Positions 8,823 through 18,237 of a DNA stretch of 64,000 nucleotides are shown piece after piece. The first letter of the stretch is position 1, and each line of letters opens with the position of its first letter. This DNA comes from Myxococcales bacterium (lineage in GTDB: Bacteria; Myxococcota_A; Polyangia; Polyangiales; DASUME01): contig JASGJH010000001.1 in NCBI GenBank assembly GCA_047601445.1, positions 5,664,001 through 5,728,000 of the forward strand, in the 5' to 3' direction. The position numbers and the translations under genes are program-made. A model generated the notes under the pieces. That model worked only from the letters and a program-made list of their open reading frames with translations. It made no database searches and had not been told where the DNA came from.

Positions 8823-11531
8823 TCAGTAGCTCTCGCAGATGTAGCGCTTGCCCAGCGTGCAGTCCGCGTCGTTCCACTTGCCGCCCTGCAAGAACGCGCC
8901 GCAGTCCTCGGCGTCCTTGCAGCTGCCACCGGTCAGCGGGCTGCCGGAGCAGGAGCAACCCGAGTTGTTGGGCTCGCCGTCGTTCCAGCTCAGGTAGGCG
9001 CTGTTCTTCACGCCGCACTTGTCGCCCGGGTTGGGCTGCTGGCAGAACAGCAGGCCTTCCTCACTGTCGGCGCCAGGGCTAATCCAGTACCAGCTGCCTT
9101 CACCGGAAGACGGATGGTTGCTGTCGCAGCCGTTGCTCGCGAAGGGCCAGCCCGGACCACCGTTGTCGCCCCGGTCGTTGGCGCCGAACCAGGCCTCGGT
9201 GCCACCCACGATCTGATTGAGGAAGCCGTTCTCGCCCACGTTGTTGACCACGGCCAGGTCGAAACCTCCGTAGGCCTTGCAGCGCGCGCGAGCATCGCTC
9301 CACTTGAGCGGGCCGTTGCAAGTCAGGTAGTCGTGGGTGCCGTTCTTGGAGAGCACACACTCTCCGATGGCGTTCGTGGGCATGCAGGCGCCGCTGACGC
9401 AGGTCCGATTCGCGCCGCACGGGTTGTTGCAACCGCCACAGTTTTGGTTCGAGGTTTGTACGTCCACGCAGCTGCTGCCGCAGCGTTGTTCGCCCGCGAC
9501 CGTGCACTGACAGGTGCCCGTGTCGTCGCAAATCGCGTTGGCCCCGCAGGTGCTGCTGTTCGCGTCGGGCAGGCAGTTGCCCTGGTTGCACGTGCTGCTG
9601 GACGTGCACGCCTTGCCGTCGTCGCAGCTATTGGTGTTGAACGCGCTCACGCAGCCCTTGCCACCCGAGCCGGGCACGCAGGTGTCAGTGGTGCAGTCGG
9701 GCTCGCTGCCGTCGCCGCAGAAGTCGTTGTCCGCATCGGCGATACACACACCGTTCTGGCAGCGGTCGTTCTTGGAGCACTCGGTGTTGTCGTTGCAGCC
9801 GCCAGGGCCCGTGGTGAGCGGCGTGTTGACGCAGGCGCCATTGGTGCACTCGTCCTTGGTGCACGGCTTCTTGTCGTCACAATCGAGGGCCTTCTGACAG
9901 GTGGCGCAGATCTTCAGCACCGGATCGCACACGGGGTCGCCGGGGCAGGCGTCGGGACCGATGCACTTGCCTCCCGAGCAAACGTCCGGTCCAGTGCACC
10001 CGATGCCGTCATCGCAGGTGAGTCCGTCCTTGAACTGATGCGTGCAGCCATCGGCGCTGGGCGGATTGCAGAGGTCCTCCGTGCAGGCGACGGTGTCTTT
10101 GCACTGGTTGTGATCGCGCCCTGGGCCCGTCAAGCAGGCGCCGTCTTGGCAGAAGTCCCCGGTGGTGCACTTGTAGGGATCCTGGCAGCTCGCGCCGTTG
10201 TTGAACTTGCTGACGCACATGCCTTCGACGCAGGTCTGGGTCACGCAGACGTTGGAGTTGTCGCAGTCGCTGTTCTCGACGCACTCCACGCAGCGCCCGG
10301 TGGGACCGCAGAATTCTTGGCCGTCGCAGTTCTCGCTGCCCACGCAGGTGCCGTTCGCGCAGTGATCACCGCTCGTGCAATCTTGCAAGTCGGTGCAGGC
10401 CAGCTCGGGATCGCTCGACTTGGTGAACACGCAGCCCTTGCCCTGCTGACAGGTATCGAGCGTGCAGTCATTGTTGTCGGTGCAGGATCCGTCCTGCGGC
10501 GCGCCCGCGCACACGCCCGCCATGCACACGTCTTCCGAGGTGCACATGATGCCGTCGTCACAGCTCGCGCCCTCCTCGGCCGGCGTGTGCGTGCACAGAC
10601 CGCCCTGACAGTCCGGGGTGTCGCAGCTGCAGTCGTCGAGCGTGCACGGGTCGTTGTCGTCGCACTGCCCGTCCTTGGTGCAGCTCACACACTGGTTGAG
10701 CTCGCGATCGCAGACCTGGTCCGCTCCGCAGGTGCTTTGGCCCCAGCAGCGACCGTACTGGCACTTCTCTCCGCTGATGCAGGGGGCGGGGTCGTCGCAG
10801 TCGCCTTCGACGGGCATGCTGGTGCAACCCACACCGACCAGGCAGACCTCCTGGGTACACACCTCTTCGTCCTTGCAGAACGAGTCATTGGCGTCGCCCG
10901 AGATGCAGCGGCCCTTCTCGCATACGTCGCCCAACGTGCACAGCACCCGGTCGCACTCGAGCGTGGCGGAGAAGGCGAACGAGACGCACTTGTTGTCGAT
11001 GCACTGATCGCTGGTGCAGGCATTGCCGTCGTCGCAGCCGTGGGAGCAATCGAGTACGAAGTCTCCGCCGTCGGGGCCCGCGTCACCCGCCGTGCCCCCG
11101 TCGCTGCCCCCGTCGCTGTCCAAATCGGAACCCGAATCGAGCAGCATGCCTTCCTGGTCGCAGGCGTCGGAGGTGAGCAGCGTGACGATCGGTGCCTTCG
11201 CGGGCAGGTTGCCGACGACGCAGCCACGGGCCACCTCGCCGCCGCCAACGCTGGCCACCGCCTCGAAGCCGTAGCGACCCGCTGCCAGTTCCTTGATGCC
11301 GGGCGCGCTCTCCCCGCGCATGAGCATGGCGCTGTAGACCTGTTTCCCCGAGCAACTCCCGCGCATCACCCGCAGGGCAACCTGGTCGGCGCGTGCCCGG
11401 TCGGACTCGCAGGCGAAGCTGACGCTCCAGCCGAGGTCAGTGGGTTTGAGACCGTCCGAACAACCGGCGAGGAAGGAGAGCAGCAGGCAGGTCCAGACGC
11501 GGAACGCGAGGCGGGTGTGGACGGGTGGCAC
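8823..11531 (-). CDS. Large Cys-rich lipoprotein (CDD.N.CT.D.C repeats) with C-terminal C-type-lectin-like domain
   Basis: GTG at 11531 with upstream GGAG; lipobox LAGC; many CDDG..CT..D.C..G.C repeats; W.DAR..C...LA.V...EN.FL, WFGAND, EPNN, WND..C..R.ICE. Confidence 0.85.
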   Translation of the reverse strand: MPPVHTRLAFRVWTCLLLSFLAGCSDGLKPTDLGWSVSFACESDRARADQVALRVMRGSCSGKQVYSAMLMRGESAPGIKELAAGRYGFEAVASVGGGEVARGCVVGNLPAKAPIVTLLTSDACDQEGMLLDSGSDLDSDGGSDGGTAGDAGPDGGDFVLDCSHGCDDGNACTSDQCIDNKCVSFAFSATLECDRVLCTLGDVCEKGRCISGDANDSFCKDEEVCTQEVCLVGVGCTSMPVEGDCDDPAPCISGEKCQYGRCWGQSTCGADQVCDRELNQCVSCTKDGQCDDNDPCTLDDCSCDTPDCQGGLCTHTPAEEGASCDDGIMCTSEDVCMAGVCAGAPQDGSCTDNNDCTLDTCQQGKGCVFTKSSDPELACTDLQDCTSGDHCANGTCVGSENCDGQEFCGPTGRCVECVENSDCDNSNVCVTQTCVEGMCVSKFNNGASCQDPYKCTTGDFCQDGACLTGPGRDHNQCKDTVACTEDLCNPPSADGCTHQFKDGLTCDDGIGCTGPDVCSGGKCIGPDACPGDPVCDPVLKICATCQKALDCDDKKPCTKDECTNGACVNTPLTTGPGGCNDNTECSKNDRCQNGVCIADADNDFCGDGSEPDCTTDTCVPGSGGKGCVSAFNTNSCDDGKACTSSSTCNQGNCLPDANSSTCGANAICDDTGTCQCTVAGEQRCGSSCVDVQTSNQNCGGCNNPCGANRTCVSGACMPTNAIGECVLSKNGTHDYLTCNGPLKWSDARARCKAYGGFDLAVVNNVGENGFLNQIVGGTEAWFGANDRGDNGGPGWPFASNGCDSNHPSSGEGSWYWISPGADSEEGLLFCQQPNPGDKCGVKNSAYLSWNDGEPNNSGCSCSGSPLTGGSCKDAEDCGAFLQGGKWNDADCTLGKRYICESY

Positions 11532-11951
11532 GGAAACAGCTCCCCGGGTCGATAAGAAAGTCAGCGCGGTGACTCGGCACGAGCCCAGGCGACTAGGGCG
11601 TGCGGGCCCCCGAGTATCGCAGAGATCGGGTCGAATGGGGTGATGCTTAGCCGAGATTGGCAGCGGGATGCACTGGTTAGGCACCGCCACATGACGAAGC
11701 AGCGCTGACGCGCACCTCGGGCCCGGGGGCTTCGCTCGGCCCCGGGGAAGTTCGGTGGCCTCCTTCACGCCGACGCGTCGAGCCACGCGTGTGCATTCTC
11801 ACAGACCGCGCGGCGCTGGGTTTCGCCAACAAAACCTGGGGGGCCCGGAGTAGTCTTTGGTTGAACAAGTGATTTTCCCTCTGTAGACAGCGGCTGCGCG
11901 CCACGCGCTGCCTCGTCACCTCTGCGCCGGATGGGCGGTTCTTACATTCCA

Positions 11952-12773
11952 ATGCGTTCGAACTTCTACGGCTTCACTTTGAGGTTTGCGGCGTGGTTGA
12001 GCGCGCTCTGGATCGCTCTGCCCTGCGGCGTGGCCTGGGCCAACCCCCAACTCGACGAGGCCAAGCGCCTGGTCACCGAGCTCGAGTTCGACGCTGCCCT
12101 GGCGTCCTTTCAGGCAGCCATCGACAGCGGGGAGCTGACGCGTGACGAGCTGGTGGACCTGCTCTCGGAGCGCACGCTGGTGCTGCATGCGCTGCACCGC
12201 GAGAGCGAGCTGGTCGAGGACTTCATCTGGCTCGCCGCGCTCTCTCCCGAGCACATCCTCGACATGCGGGCGCCACCCGCGATGGTGGCCATGTGGAAGT
12301 CCGTGCGCGATCAGTCGCGCGGTCCGCTCGGCGTGAAGCTCACCCAGGAAGTGTCGGCAGGCGAGCTGCGGCTGCGGGCCGAGCTCACGGGCACGGTGCC
12401 CGAAGGCGCGCGCGCTCGGCTGGCCATCCGCGACCCGAGCGGCAGCTGGGAGATCGCGGAGGGACCGGAGCGCACCCTGGCCCTGAACGAGCGGCTCGAG
12501 CTCGCGGGCTACGCGCAGGCGCTCGGACTCGGTGGCCTGGTGGTGGCGGAAGACGGCAACGCCGAGAGTCCGCGCAGCATCGTGGCGGATCCGAGCCTCG
12601 CGGACGAGGGCGGCGCGGGCGGCCGCGACGGAACCCTGCGGCGACGTCGGGCCTGGATCATCGGCACGTGCGCGGTGGCTGTAGCGGCCGCGGCAGGTGT
12701 GGCGACGTACTTCCTGGTGCATGACGACGGCGAGAAGGCGCCCACCAACCTGAACCCGATGGTGACGTTCTGA
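11952..12773 (+). CDS. Secreted helical (TPR-like N-terminus) protein with C-terminal hydrophobic segment; coupled to the downstream kinase
   Basis: Signal peptide ending AWA; LDEAKRL..ELEFDAALASF; C-terminal hydrophobic stretch; TGATG stop/start overlap with the kinase. Confidence 0.7.
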   Translation: MRSNFYGFTLRFAAWLSALWIALPCGVAWANPQLDEAKRLVTELEFDAALASFQAAIDSGELTRDELVDLLSERTLVLHALHRESELVEDFIWLAALSPEHILDMRAPPAMVAMWKSVRDQSRGPLGVKLTQEVSAGELRLRAELTGTVPEGARARLAIRDPSGSWEIAEGPERTLALNERLELAGYAQALGLGGLVVAEDGNAESPRSIVADPSLADEGGAGGRDGTLRRRRAWIIGTCAVAVAAAAGVATYFLVHDDGEKAPTNLNPMVTF

Positions 12774-14656
12774 TGCCGCTGCCAGGGGACGGCTACAGCC
12801 TTGCGCGGGCGTACGAAGGAAAGACCTTTGGCGCCTATCGCATCGCGCGTGCCATCGCCACGGGCGGCATGGCCACCGTGTTCCTGGCGCGCCGCACGGG
12901 TCCTGGTCGCTTTGCGCAGACCGCCGCCCTCAAGGTCATTCATCCGCACCTGGCCCGCGAGAAAGAGTTCGTGGACATGTTCCTGGAGGAGGCACGCATC
13001 GCTTCCTCCATCAACCACCCGAACGTGTGCCGCGTGCTCGACTTCGGGCAGGCCGAGGGCACGTTCTACCTGGCCATGGAGTACGTGCGCGGCGAGACCT
13101 GGGCCACCGCACTCGAGCGGCTCACGAGCCAGCGCGAGAGCCGCATGCGCATGCACGCCCTGAGCACGTACGTGATCCAGCAGGCCTGCGAGGGCTTGCA
13201 CGCGGTCCACGAGGCGGTCGATCCCAACGGCATTCCGCTGCAGATCGTGCATCGCGACATCTCCCCGCAGAACCTGTTCATCGCCTACGACGGCAGCGTG
13301 CGCGTGCTCGACTTCGGCATCGCCACCGGGGCGGGCGGCTCGGTGCAGGGGGCCGGTGGGCAATCCACCACCCAGGTCATCAAGGGGCGCTACGCGTACA
13401 TGGCGCCAGAGCAGGCGCGTGGGGCCGAGGTCGATCGGCGCGCGGATATCTGGTCGTTGGGCGTATGTTTGAGAGAGGCGCTGGGCGGCGAACGGCTGTT
13501 CGAGCGCGACACGCAAGTCGCCACCATCCTGGCGGTCACCAAGGAAGAGCTGCCAGCCTGGCCACGCCAGGTTCCGCTGCTCTTGCGCGAGGTGTGCGAT
13601 CGCGCCCTCGAGCGCGATCCGGAGCTGCGCTTCCAAACGGCACGTGAGCTCGGTAGTGCGCTGGCGCGCTTCAGCGCCAGCGAAGCCGAGCCCGCGGGCG
13701 GGGCCGAGGTGGGCCGCTGGATGCGCACGTTGTTCCCCGAGCAGATTGCCCAGAAACGCGCCGAGCTGCGCGAGCTCGCAGGGGAAGACACCAACACCGG
13801 CTCGTTTACCTCCATCATGCCGCTCTCCGGCACCACGCGCTCCGCGGCATTCGAAGCACAACCCACGCCGGCCACCGGAAGTCCGCGCCTGCGTCGCATG
13901 AGAAGGCAGGTCGGTAGCTGGGCCAGCGCCGCAGCCCTCGCCGTCGGAGCGGCCTACGTCGCGTTTCGTCTCACGCCGCAACTCATGCACTCGCAGGCCA
14001 GCCCCGCCCCGACGGCCGTGAATGCGGAAGTTCGCCCGGGCTCTTCCGCGGGCATCCCCGAAGTGCCGCTGGCCAAGCCAGCGTTGGCCCAGGCACCTGG
14101 GATCGAGCCGCCCATCGCTGTCGCGCCTGGCGTACAGGTTACGGTGACGTCTGACATAGTCGCGGTCGCGCCTGGCGCGGACGAGCCCACGACTCCCGAA
14201 GCGTCGCCAGCCGACCTGCAGGCCGCTCAAGTCGCGCCCAGCGCTGCGAGCGATTCCGTGCTCGCTGCGTTCGCCAAGAGCGACAGCCCGAGCGACGAAG
14301 AAGGGCACCACCATCATCGCCACCACCGTCATCGCAAGGAGGGCACGGGCGAGGGCACGCCAAGCCAAACAGGCGCCCCTGCGAGCGACACCAAGAACGC
14401 TCCGACGACGGCAACCATTGCCACACCGACCAAGTCCAGCGAGAGCGCAGCACCCGGCACGCTGCTGGTGGCCGCCGCCAGCGGTTGGGCCGAAGTCTCC
14501 TTGAACGGCAAGGCGCTGGGCACCACGCCCTTTCGCGTGGAGCTTCCCGCAGGCAGCCATCGACTCGAAGTTCGGTTCTTCGGCACCGGCAGCCCGCAAC
14601 CCATGGGCGTCGAGATCCAGCCTGGCAGCGTGACCAAGCTGCGCCTCACGCAGTAA
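12773..14656 (+). CDS. Ser/Thr protein kinase with TM helix and C-terminal PEGA-like domain (paralog of 2-1654)
   Basis: GGMATV, ALK, HRDISPQN, DFG, YMAPEQ, DIWSLG; TM helix; His-rich linker; WAEVSLNG..LGTTP. Confidence 0.92.
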   Translation: MPLPGDGYSLARAYEGKTFGAYRIARAIATGGMATVFLARRTGPGRFAQTAALKVIHPHLAREKEFVDMFLEEARIASSINHPNVCRVLDFGQAEGTFYLAMEYVRGETWATALERLTSQRESRMRMHALSTYVIQQACEGLHAVHEAVDPNGIPLQIVHRDISPQNLFIAYDGSVRVLDFGIATGAGGSVQGAGGQSTTQVIKGRYAYMAPEQARGAEVDRRADIWSLGVCLREALGGERLFERDTQVATILAVTKEELPAWPRQVPLLLREVCDRALERDPELRFQTARELGSALARFSASEAEPAGGAEVGRWMRTLFPEQIAQKRAELRELAGEDTNTGSFTSIMPLSGTTRSAAFEAQPTPATGSPRLRRMRRQVGSWASAAALAVGAAYVAFRLTPQLMHSQASPAPTAVNAEVRPGSSAGIPEVPLAKPALAQAPGIEPPIAVAPGVQVTVTSDIVAVAPGADEPTTPEASPADLQAAQVAPSAASDSVLAAFAKSDSPSDEEGHHHHRHHRHRKEGTGEGTPSQTGAPASDTKNAPTTATIATPTKSSESAAPGTLLVAAASGWAEVSLNGKALGTTPFRVELPAGSHRLEVRFFGTGSPQPMGVEIQPGSVTKLRLTQ

Positions 14657-14698
14657 CGGCGCACCGAGCGCCCACTCCGACGCCAGGCTTCGCCGCGC

Positions 14699-16240
14699 TC
14701 AGTCGCCGCAGGTGGGGCTGCGATAGATCGTGGCGACGTCACTGGCCGACAACGTCGCGCCGAACAGCACCACATCGTCGAGCAGCCCATGGAAAGGAAA
14801 GCTCGGACTCTCCGAGGTTACGTTGCCGAGCTGCAGCTGACTCACGTCGATGGCCTGGGCGCTCGTCACTACCACGTGATTCCAATCGCTCCCCAGCGTG
14901 GCGCCAGGTACGCCGTTCACGTACGTGATGGCGCCGGGCCAGTTGCTTGCAGCCATGCCGAGCTGGGTATCCACGAACTCGACCTTCGCGCTGGCGTTAA
15001 GGTTGAGGATGTTGCGGGGATTCTGGTAGTCCGAGTACTTGATCTGCACCGTCAGATAATCCACCGAGGCCGCCAGACCCAAGAGGCCGCTCAAGCGCAC
15101 GCGTACGCGGAAATTCGCGTCGCTGAAGTCCGAACGTTGCCAGCTGCGTCCCCACAGCTGAGCGACTCCTCCATAGGTGCTCAAGTTGTTGGAGCCCACG
15201 ATGGCCGTGCCGCCGTAGCCCGCGCTCGTGTGGCTCGAGCCGCCGTCCCACGAGAGCTCCACGCCGAGCCCCTGGATCACGCCGAAGGTCGACGACTTGA
15301 TGATCACCGTGACGCCGAGGATGGACACGCCCTGCGGGATCGCACTGTCCAGGTGGAAGCCACCCCAGTGCTCATTCTTGCTGCCAAGCAGCGTGAGGTT
15401 GGCGGTCGCGCTGCCGCCGCCATCTGCATAGGCATTTTGGGGCGACGACCAGTCATTGTTGGGACCGTAGGAGCTCGGAAACACCGCGGGTGTGAGGTTC
15501 GTGATCGCCGTGCCCGAGCTCGGCTTGGCCCAGAATGAGAGGCCCTTGATGGCGCTGCCGGCCGCTCCAACCTGCACGTAGTCATCGACTCCGTCGAAGC
15601 TGAGCGCGCCGTCGACGTGTCCCTGCGTCCAGGGCGTGCCCGTGACGTTGGTCAGGGTTCCATTGGGCGCCTGCCCGGTCGCCTCACTCGCTACGTTGCC
15701 GGAGGTCTCATCGAGCATCCAGTGCGCGGCACGCACGGGCGGTGGCGTCACGTTGCAGCCGCAGGCATCCGCCACGGCGCGCAGCGGATCGAGCGGGCAA
15801 GCATCGACATCATCGGCGCTTCCGTCGCCATCGTCGTCGTCGTCGCACACGTCGCCAAAGCCATCGCCGTCGAAGTCCTTTTGATCGACGTTGGCCAGGG
15901 CGAGGCAGTTGTCTGCCGAATCACAGAGACCATCGCCGTCCATGTCGCTGCAGCCCACGGCCGCGTCCGACCCGGGATTCGCGATAGGTCCCGCATCGCC
16001 GCCGCCACCCGTCCCGGGATTCGCAGCGGGCCCTGCGTCTCCATCGCCACCGAGCATGTCGTCGGGAAGCGCGCCGGCGTCGCTACCCGGCAGTGAGCCC
16101 GGCGTTGCGGCATCTTGCCCACCGTCTGCCACCTGAACGGGCAAGTCGAGCAACTTGAGACCGAGCCGGCCGCAGCCTGCCGTGGGCAGGGCGACCAGAG
16201 CTAACGATAGCCCCAAGATCGACCGCAAACTCCGTGACAC
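14699..16240 (-). CDS. Lipoprotein with TSP3-like Ca-binding repeats and a LamG-like domain split by an insert
   Basis: Lipobox TAGC-GRLG; DMDGDGLCD.ADNC..N.DQ.D.DGDG.GD.CD; AHW.LDE.SG, ALSFDGVDDYV, WNHV, F.G.LDDV. The start is uncertain (ORF extends to 16276). Confidence 0.8.
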   Translation of the reverse strand: MSRSLRSILGLSLALVALPTAGCGRLGLKLLDLPVQVADGGQDAATPGSLPGSDAGALPDDMLGGDGDAGPAANPGTGGGGDAGPIANPGSDAAVGCSDMDGDGLCDSADNCLALANVDQKDFDGDGFGDVCDDDDDGDGSADDVDACPLDPLRAVADACGCNVTPPPVRAAHWMLDETSGNVASEATGQAPNGTLTNVTGTPWTQGHVDGALSFDGVDDYVQVGAAGSAIKGLSFWAKPSSGTAITNLTPAVFPSSYGPNNDWSSPQNAYADGGGSATANLTLLGSKNEHWGGFHLDSAIPQGVSILGVTVIIKSSTFGVIQGLGVELSWDGGSSHTSAGYGGTAIVGSNNLSTYGGVAQLWGRSWQRSDFSDANFRVRVRLSGLLGLAASVDYLTVQIKYSDYQNPRNILNLNASAKVEFVDTQLGMAASNWPGAITYVNGVPGATLGSDWNHVVVTSAQAIDVSQLQLGNVTSESPSFPFHGLLDDVVLFGATLSASDVATIYRSPTCGD

Positions 16241-16308
16241 CAACTCAGATCGTAAGTGGCTTCCTGTCGGCCCCACTCCACGAATCGGCTAATACCAACC
16301 ACATTTGG

Positions 16309-16341
16309 GGGAGCAGGTAGGTTTGCACGCAAGATCGCGCA
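16309..16341 (-). promoter_or_regulatory. Conserved upstream motif shared with 17736-17768
   Basis: GGGAGCAGGTAGGTTTGCACGCAAGATCGCGCA vs GGGAGCAGGTAGGATTGCACGCAAGATCACGCA, upstream of both LamG paralogs. Confidence 0.55.
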
Positions 16342-16387
16342 GCAAGGATCGCCCTCCTGCCTACAGCCAAATGCAACCGCACGTGGT

Positions 16388-17665
16388 TCAGAGGCCGCAC
16401 TCCGGACTCTGTGCGAGCACTTGAGCCTGGGTCGCCGTAAGCGTCTCCGCGAAGAACATCACATCGTCCAGGGTGCCCTGAAAGGCCGTCCCGGCCGCCT
16501 CGCTCTTCACGTCACCGAGCTGCAGCTGGGTCACGCCGAGCGCCTGACTGCTCGTGATGAGCACGTGGTTCCAGTCCGCGCCGAGCCGCGCGCCCGCCAC
16601 ACCGTTCACGTAGGTCATGGCACCCGGCCAGTTGGTGGCCGAGATCGCCCCTGCCGCGTCGGCGAACTCCACCTTCGCGCCATCGCTGAGGTTGAGGACG
16701 TTGCGCGGATTCTGCGCGTTCGTGTACGCGAGCTGCACGGTGATGTAGTCGATGGATGCCGCCAGACTCACCAGGCCCCCGAGCACGACGCGCACGCGAA
16801 AGTTCGCGTCGGTGAAGTCCTGGGCCTGCCAACTACGACCCCACAGTTGATCCGGCCCACCATAGCTACTCAGGTTGTTCGAACCGACCAGTGCCGCACC
16901 ACCGTAGCGCGCGTCCGTCTGCGTGTTCCCCGCGTCCCAGGAGAGCTCCACGCCGAGCCCCTGAACCACGCCGAAAGTGGCCGATTTGATGGTGACCGTG
17001 ATGCCCACGACCACCGCCCCCGCCGGCAGCTGCGCCGGCAGATGAAAGCCGCCCCAGTGCTGCTCGCGGCTGCCGATCAAGTTCAGGTTGGCCGTGGCGT
17101 TGCCGTTGCCCTCGGTGAACGCCTTCTCGGGCGTGTCCCAGTCCTCCTTCGGGCCGGTGCTGCTCGGAAAGACCGCACCGGTCGCGCCCTCGCTGGCCAC
17201 CAGGCTCCCGGGCCTGGCCCAGAAGGCCAGGGTCTTCACGGGCGCCGCCAGGGCCCCAACCTGCACATAGTCATCGACGCCGTCGAAGCTCAACGCGCCA
17301 CCCACTTGTCCGCCTACCCAGGCAGGCATGGCCGCAAAGTTGGTGAGCACGCCAGCCGGCGCGCTGCCGGTCGCTTCCGCCGCGCTGGTGCCCGCGGTCT
17401 CGTCGAGCTTCCAGTGAGCCGCGGGTAGCGGGGGCGGCACCACGTCCGGCTGGTCCAACAGACAAGAACCTGCGTCGGTGTCGACCCCTGCGTCCCCGTT
17501 GCTTCCGGCTCCCCCGTCCGGCTGGAGCAGCCAGCCCGCGTCTGCGTCCGCCGACGCACCGGCCCCCTTGTTCAACAGCTTGAGGCCGACGCGACCGCAC
17601 CCCTGGAGCGCTGGCAGCGACACGCAAAGCCACGCGACGAAACCGAAACGACCCCAAGAAAACAC
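16388..17665 (-). CDS. LamG-like lipoprotein, tandem paralog of 14699-16240
   Basis: Lipobox LQGC-GRVG; near-identical blocks such as ALSFDGVDDYVQVGA, HWGGFHL, GLGVELSWD, QLWGRSWQ. The start is uncertain (ORF extends to 17701). Confidence 0.8.
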   Translation of the reverse strand: MFSWGRFGFVAWLCVSLPALQGCGRVGLKLLNKGAGASADADAGWLLQPDGGAGSNGDAGVDTDAGSCLLDQPDVVPPPLPAAHWKLDETAGTSAAEATGSAPAGVLTNFAAMPAWVGGQVGGALSFDGVDDYVQVGALAAPVKTLAFWARPGSLVASEGATGAVFPSSTGPKEDWDTPEKAFTEGNGNATANLNLIGSREQHWGGFHLPAQLPAGAVVVGITVTIKSATFGVVQGLGVELSWDAGNTQTDARYGGAALVGSNNLSSYGGPDQLWGRSWQAQDFTDANFRVRVVLGGLVSLAASIDYITVQLAYTNAQNPRNVLNLSDGAKVEFADAAGAISATNWPGAMTYVNGVAGARLGADWNHVLITSSQALGVTQLQLGDVKSEAAGTAFQGTLDDVMFFAETLTATQAQVLAQSPECGL

Positions 17666-17735
17666 TGCAGGAACGATCGTAAGTCGGCGCCTCCCCGACA
17701 CGCGCCAACAATCCGATCACGACTGCCACAATTGA

Positions 17736-17768
17736 GGGAGCAGGTAGGATTGCACGCAAGATCACGCA
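17736..17768 (-). promoter_or_regulatory. Conserved upstream motif shared with 16309-16341
   Basis: 31 of 33 positions identical to the motif upstream of the paralog. Confidence 0.55.
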
Positions 17769-17829
17769 TCGGCGTGCCGCTCTCCTTTCTCCCACATCCG
17801 AAGGCTGGCGGGCTTCGCTCGAACAGCAC

Positions 17830-18141
17830 TCAAGAGATGACTTGGGCGAGCACCCACGGCTGGACGATCACGCACTGAAAGCGCGTGCTCCCTCCCGCTT
17901 CGGAGAGCTCTCGCGCGTCGTCGTCGCTGGCCCTCCGCAGCCCGCCCTCGCTCAGCCAGCGCTCCACGCGCGCGCGGTCGTCGCTGGCGATGGCCTCGGC
18001 CACCTCGAGCAGGTCGAGGGAACCCGCGAGCAGGAGCAGGGCACCCCGCGCGAACTGCGGCACCAGATCCGACCAACTCACTGCCATCACTTCGCCACGT
18101 AGCTTGGCGCGGGCGGGACTGTCGCTGCGGGACTCCGTCAT
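17830..18141 (-). CDS. DUF2288 family protein
   Basis: W.DL.PQFARGAL...LDL.EVAEAIA.DD...V..WL and VIVQPWVLAQ pattern. Confidence 0.8.
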   Translation of the reverse strand: MTESRSDSPARAKLRGEVMAVSWSDLVPQFARGALLLLAGSLDLLEVAEAIASDDRARVERWLSEGGLRRASDDDARELSEAGGSTRFQCVIVQPWVLAQVIS

Positions 18142-18209
18142 CGGGCTGCCTTTTGGCCTTTTGTGGGCCTTTTCGCAAGCTCCGTTGCCTGTGCAGACCC
18201 GGACGAGAG

Positions 18210-18224
18210 TGGCACAAAGCGTGC
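18210..18224 (+). promoter_or_regulatory. Candidate sigma-54 promoter (-24/-12)
   Basis: TGGCAC-AAAGC-GTGC (GG-N10-GC) ends 14 nt before the kinase ATG at 18238. Confidence 0.4.
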
Positions 18225-18237
18225 GTCATAGGGCCCA

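Noticed and set aside
8097..11555. 1152-aa plus-strand ORF and similar long ORFs (2183-3751, 12509-14599, 37746-39563, 21236-22465)
   Set aside because: Antisense or off-frame shadows of well-supported GC-rich genes; no motifs
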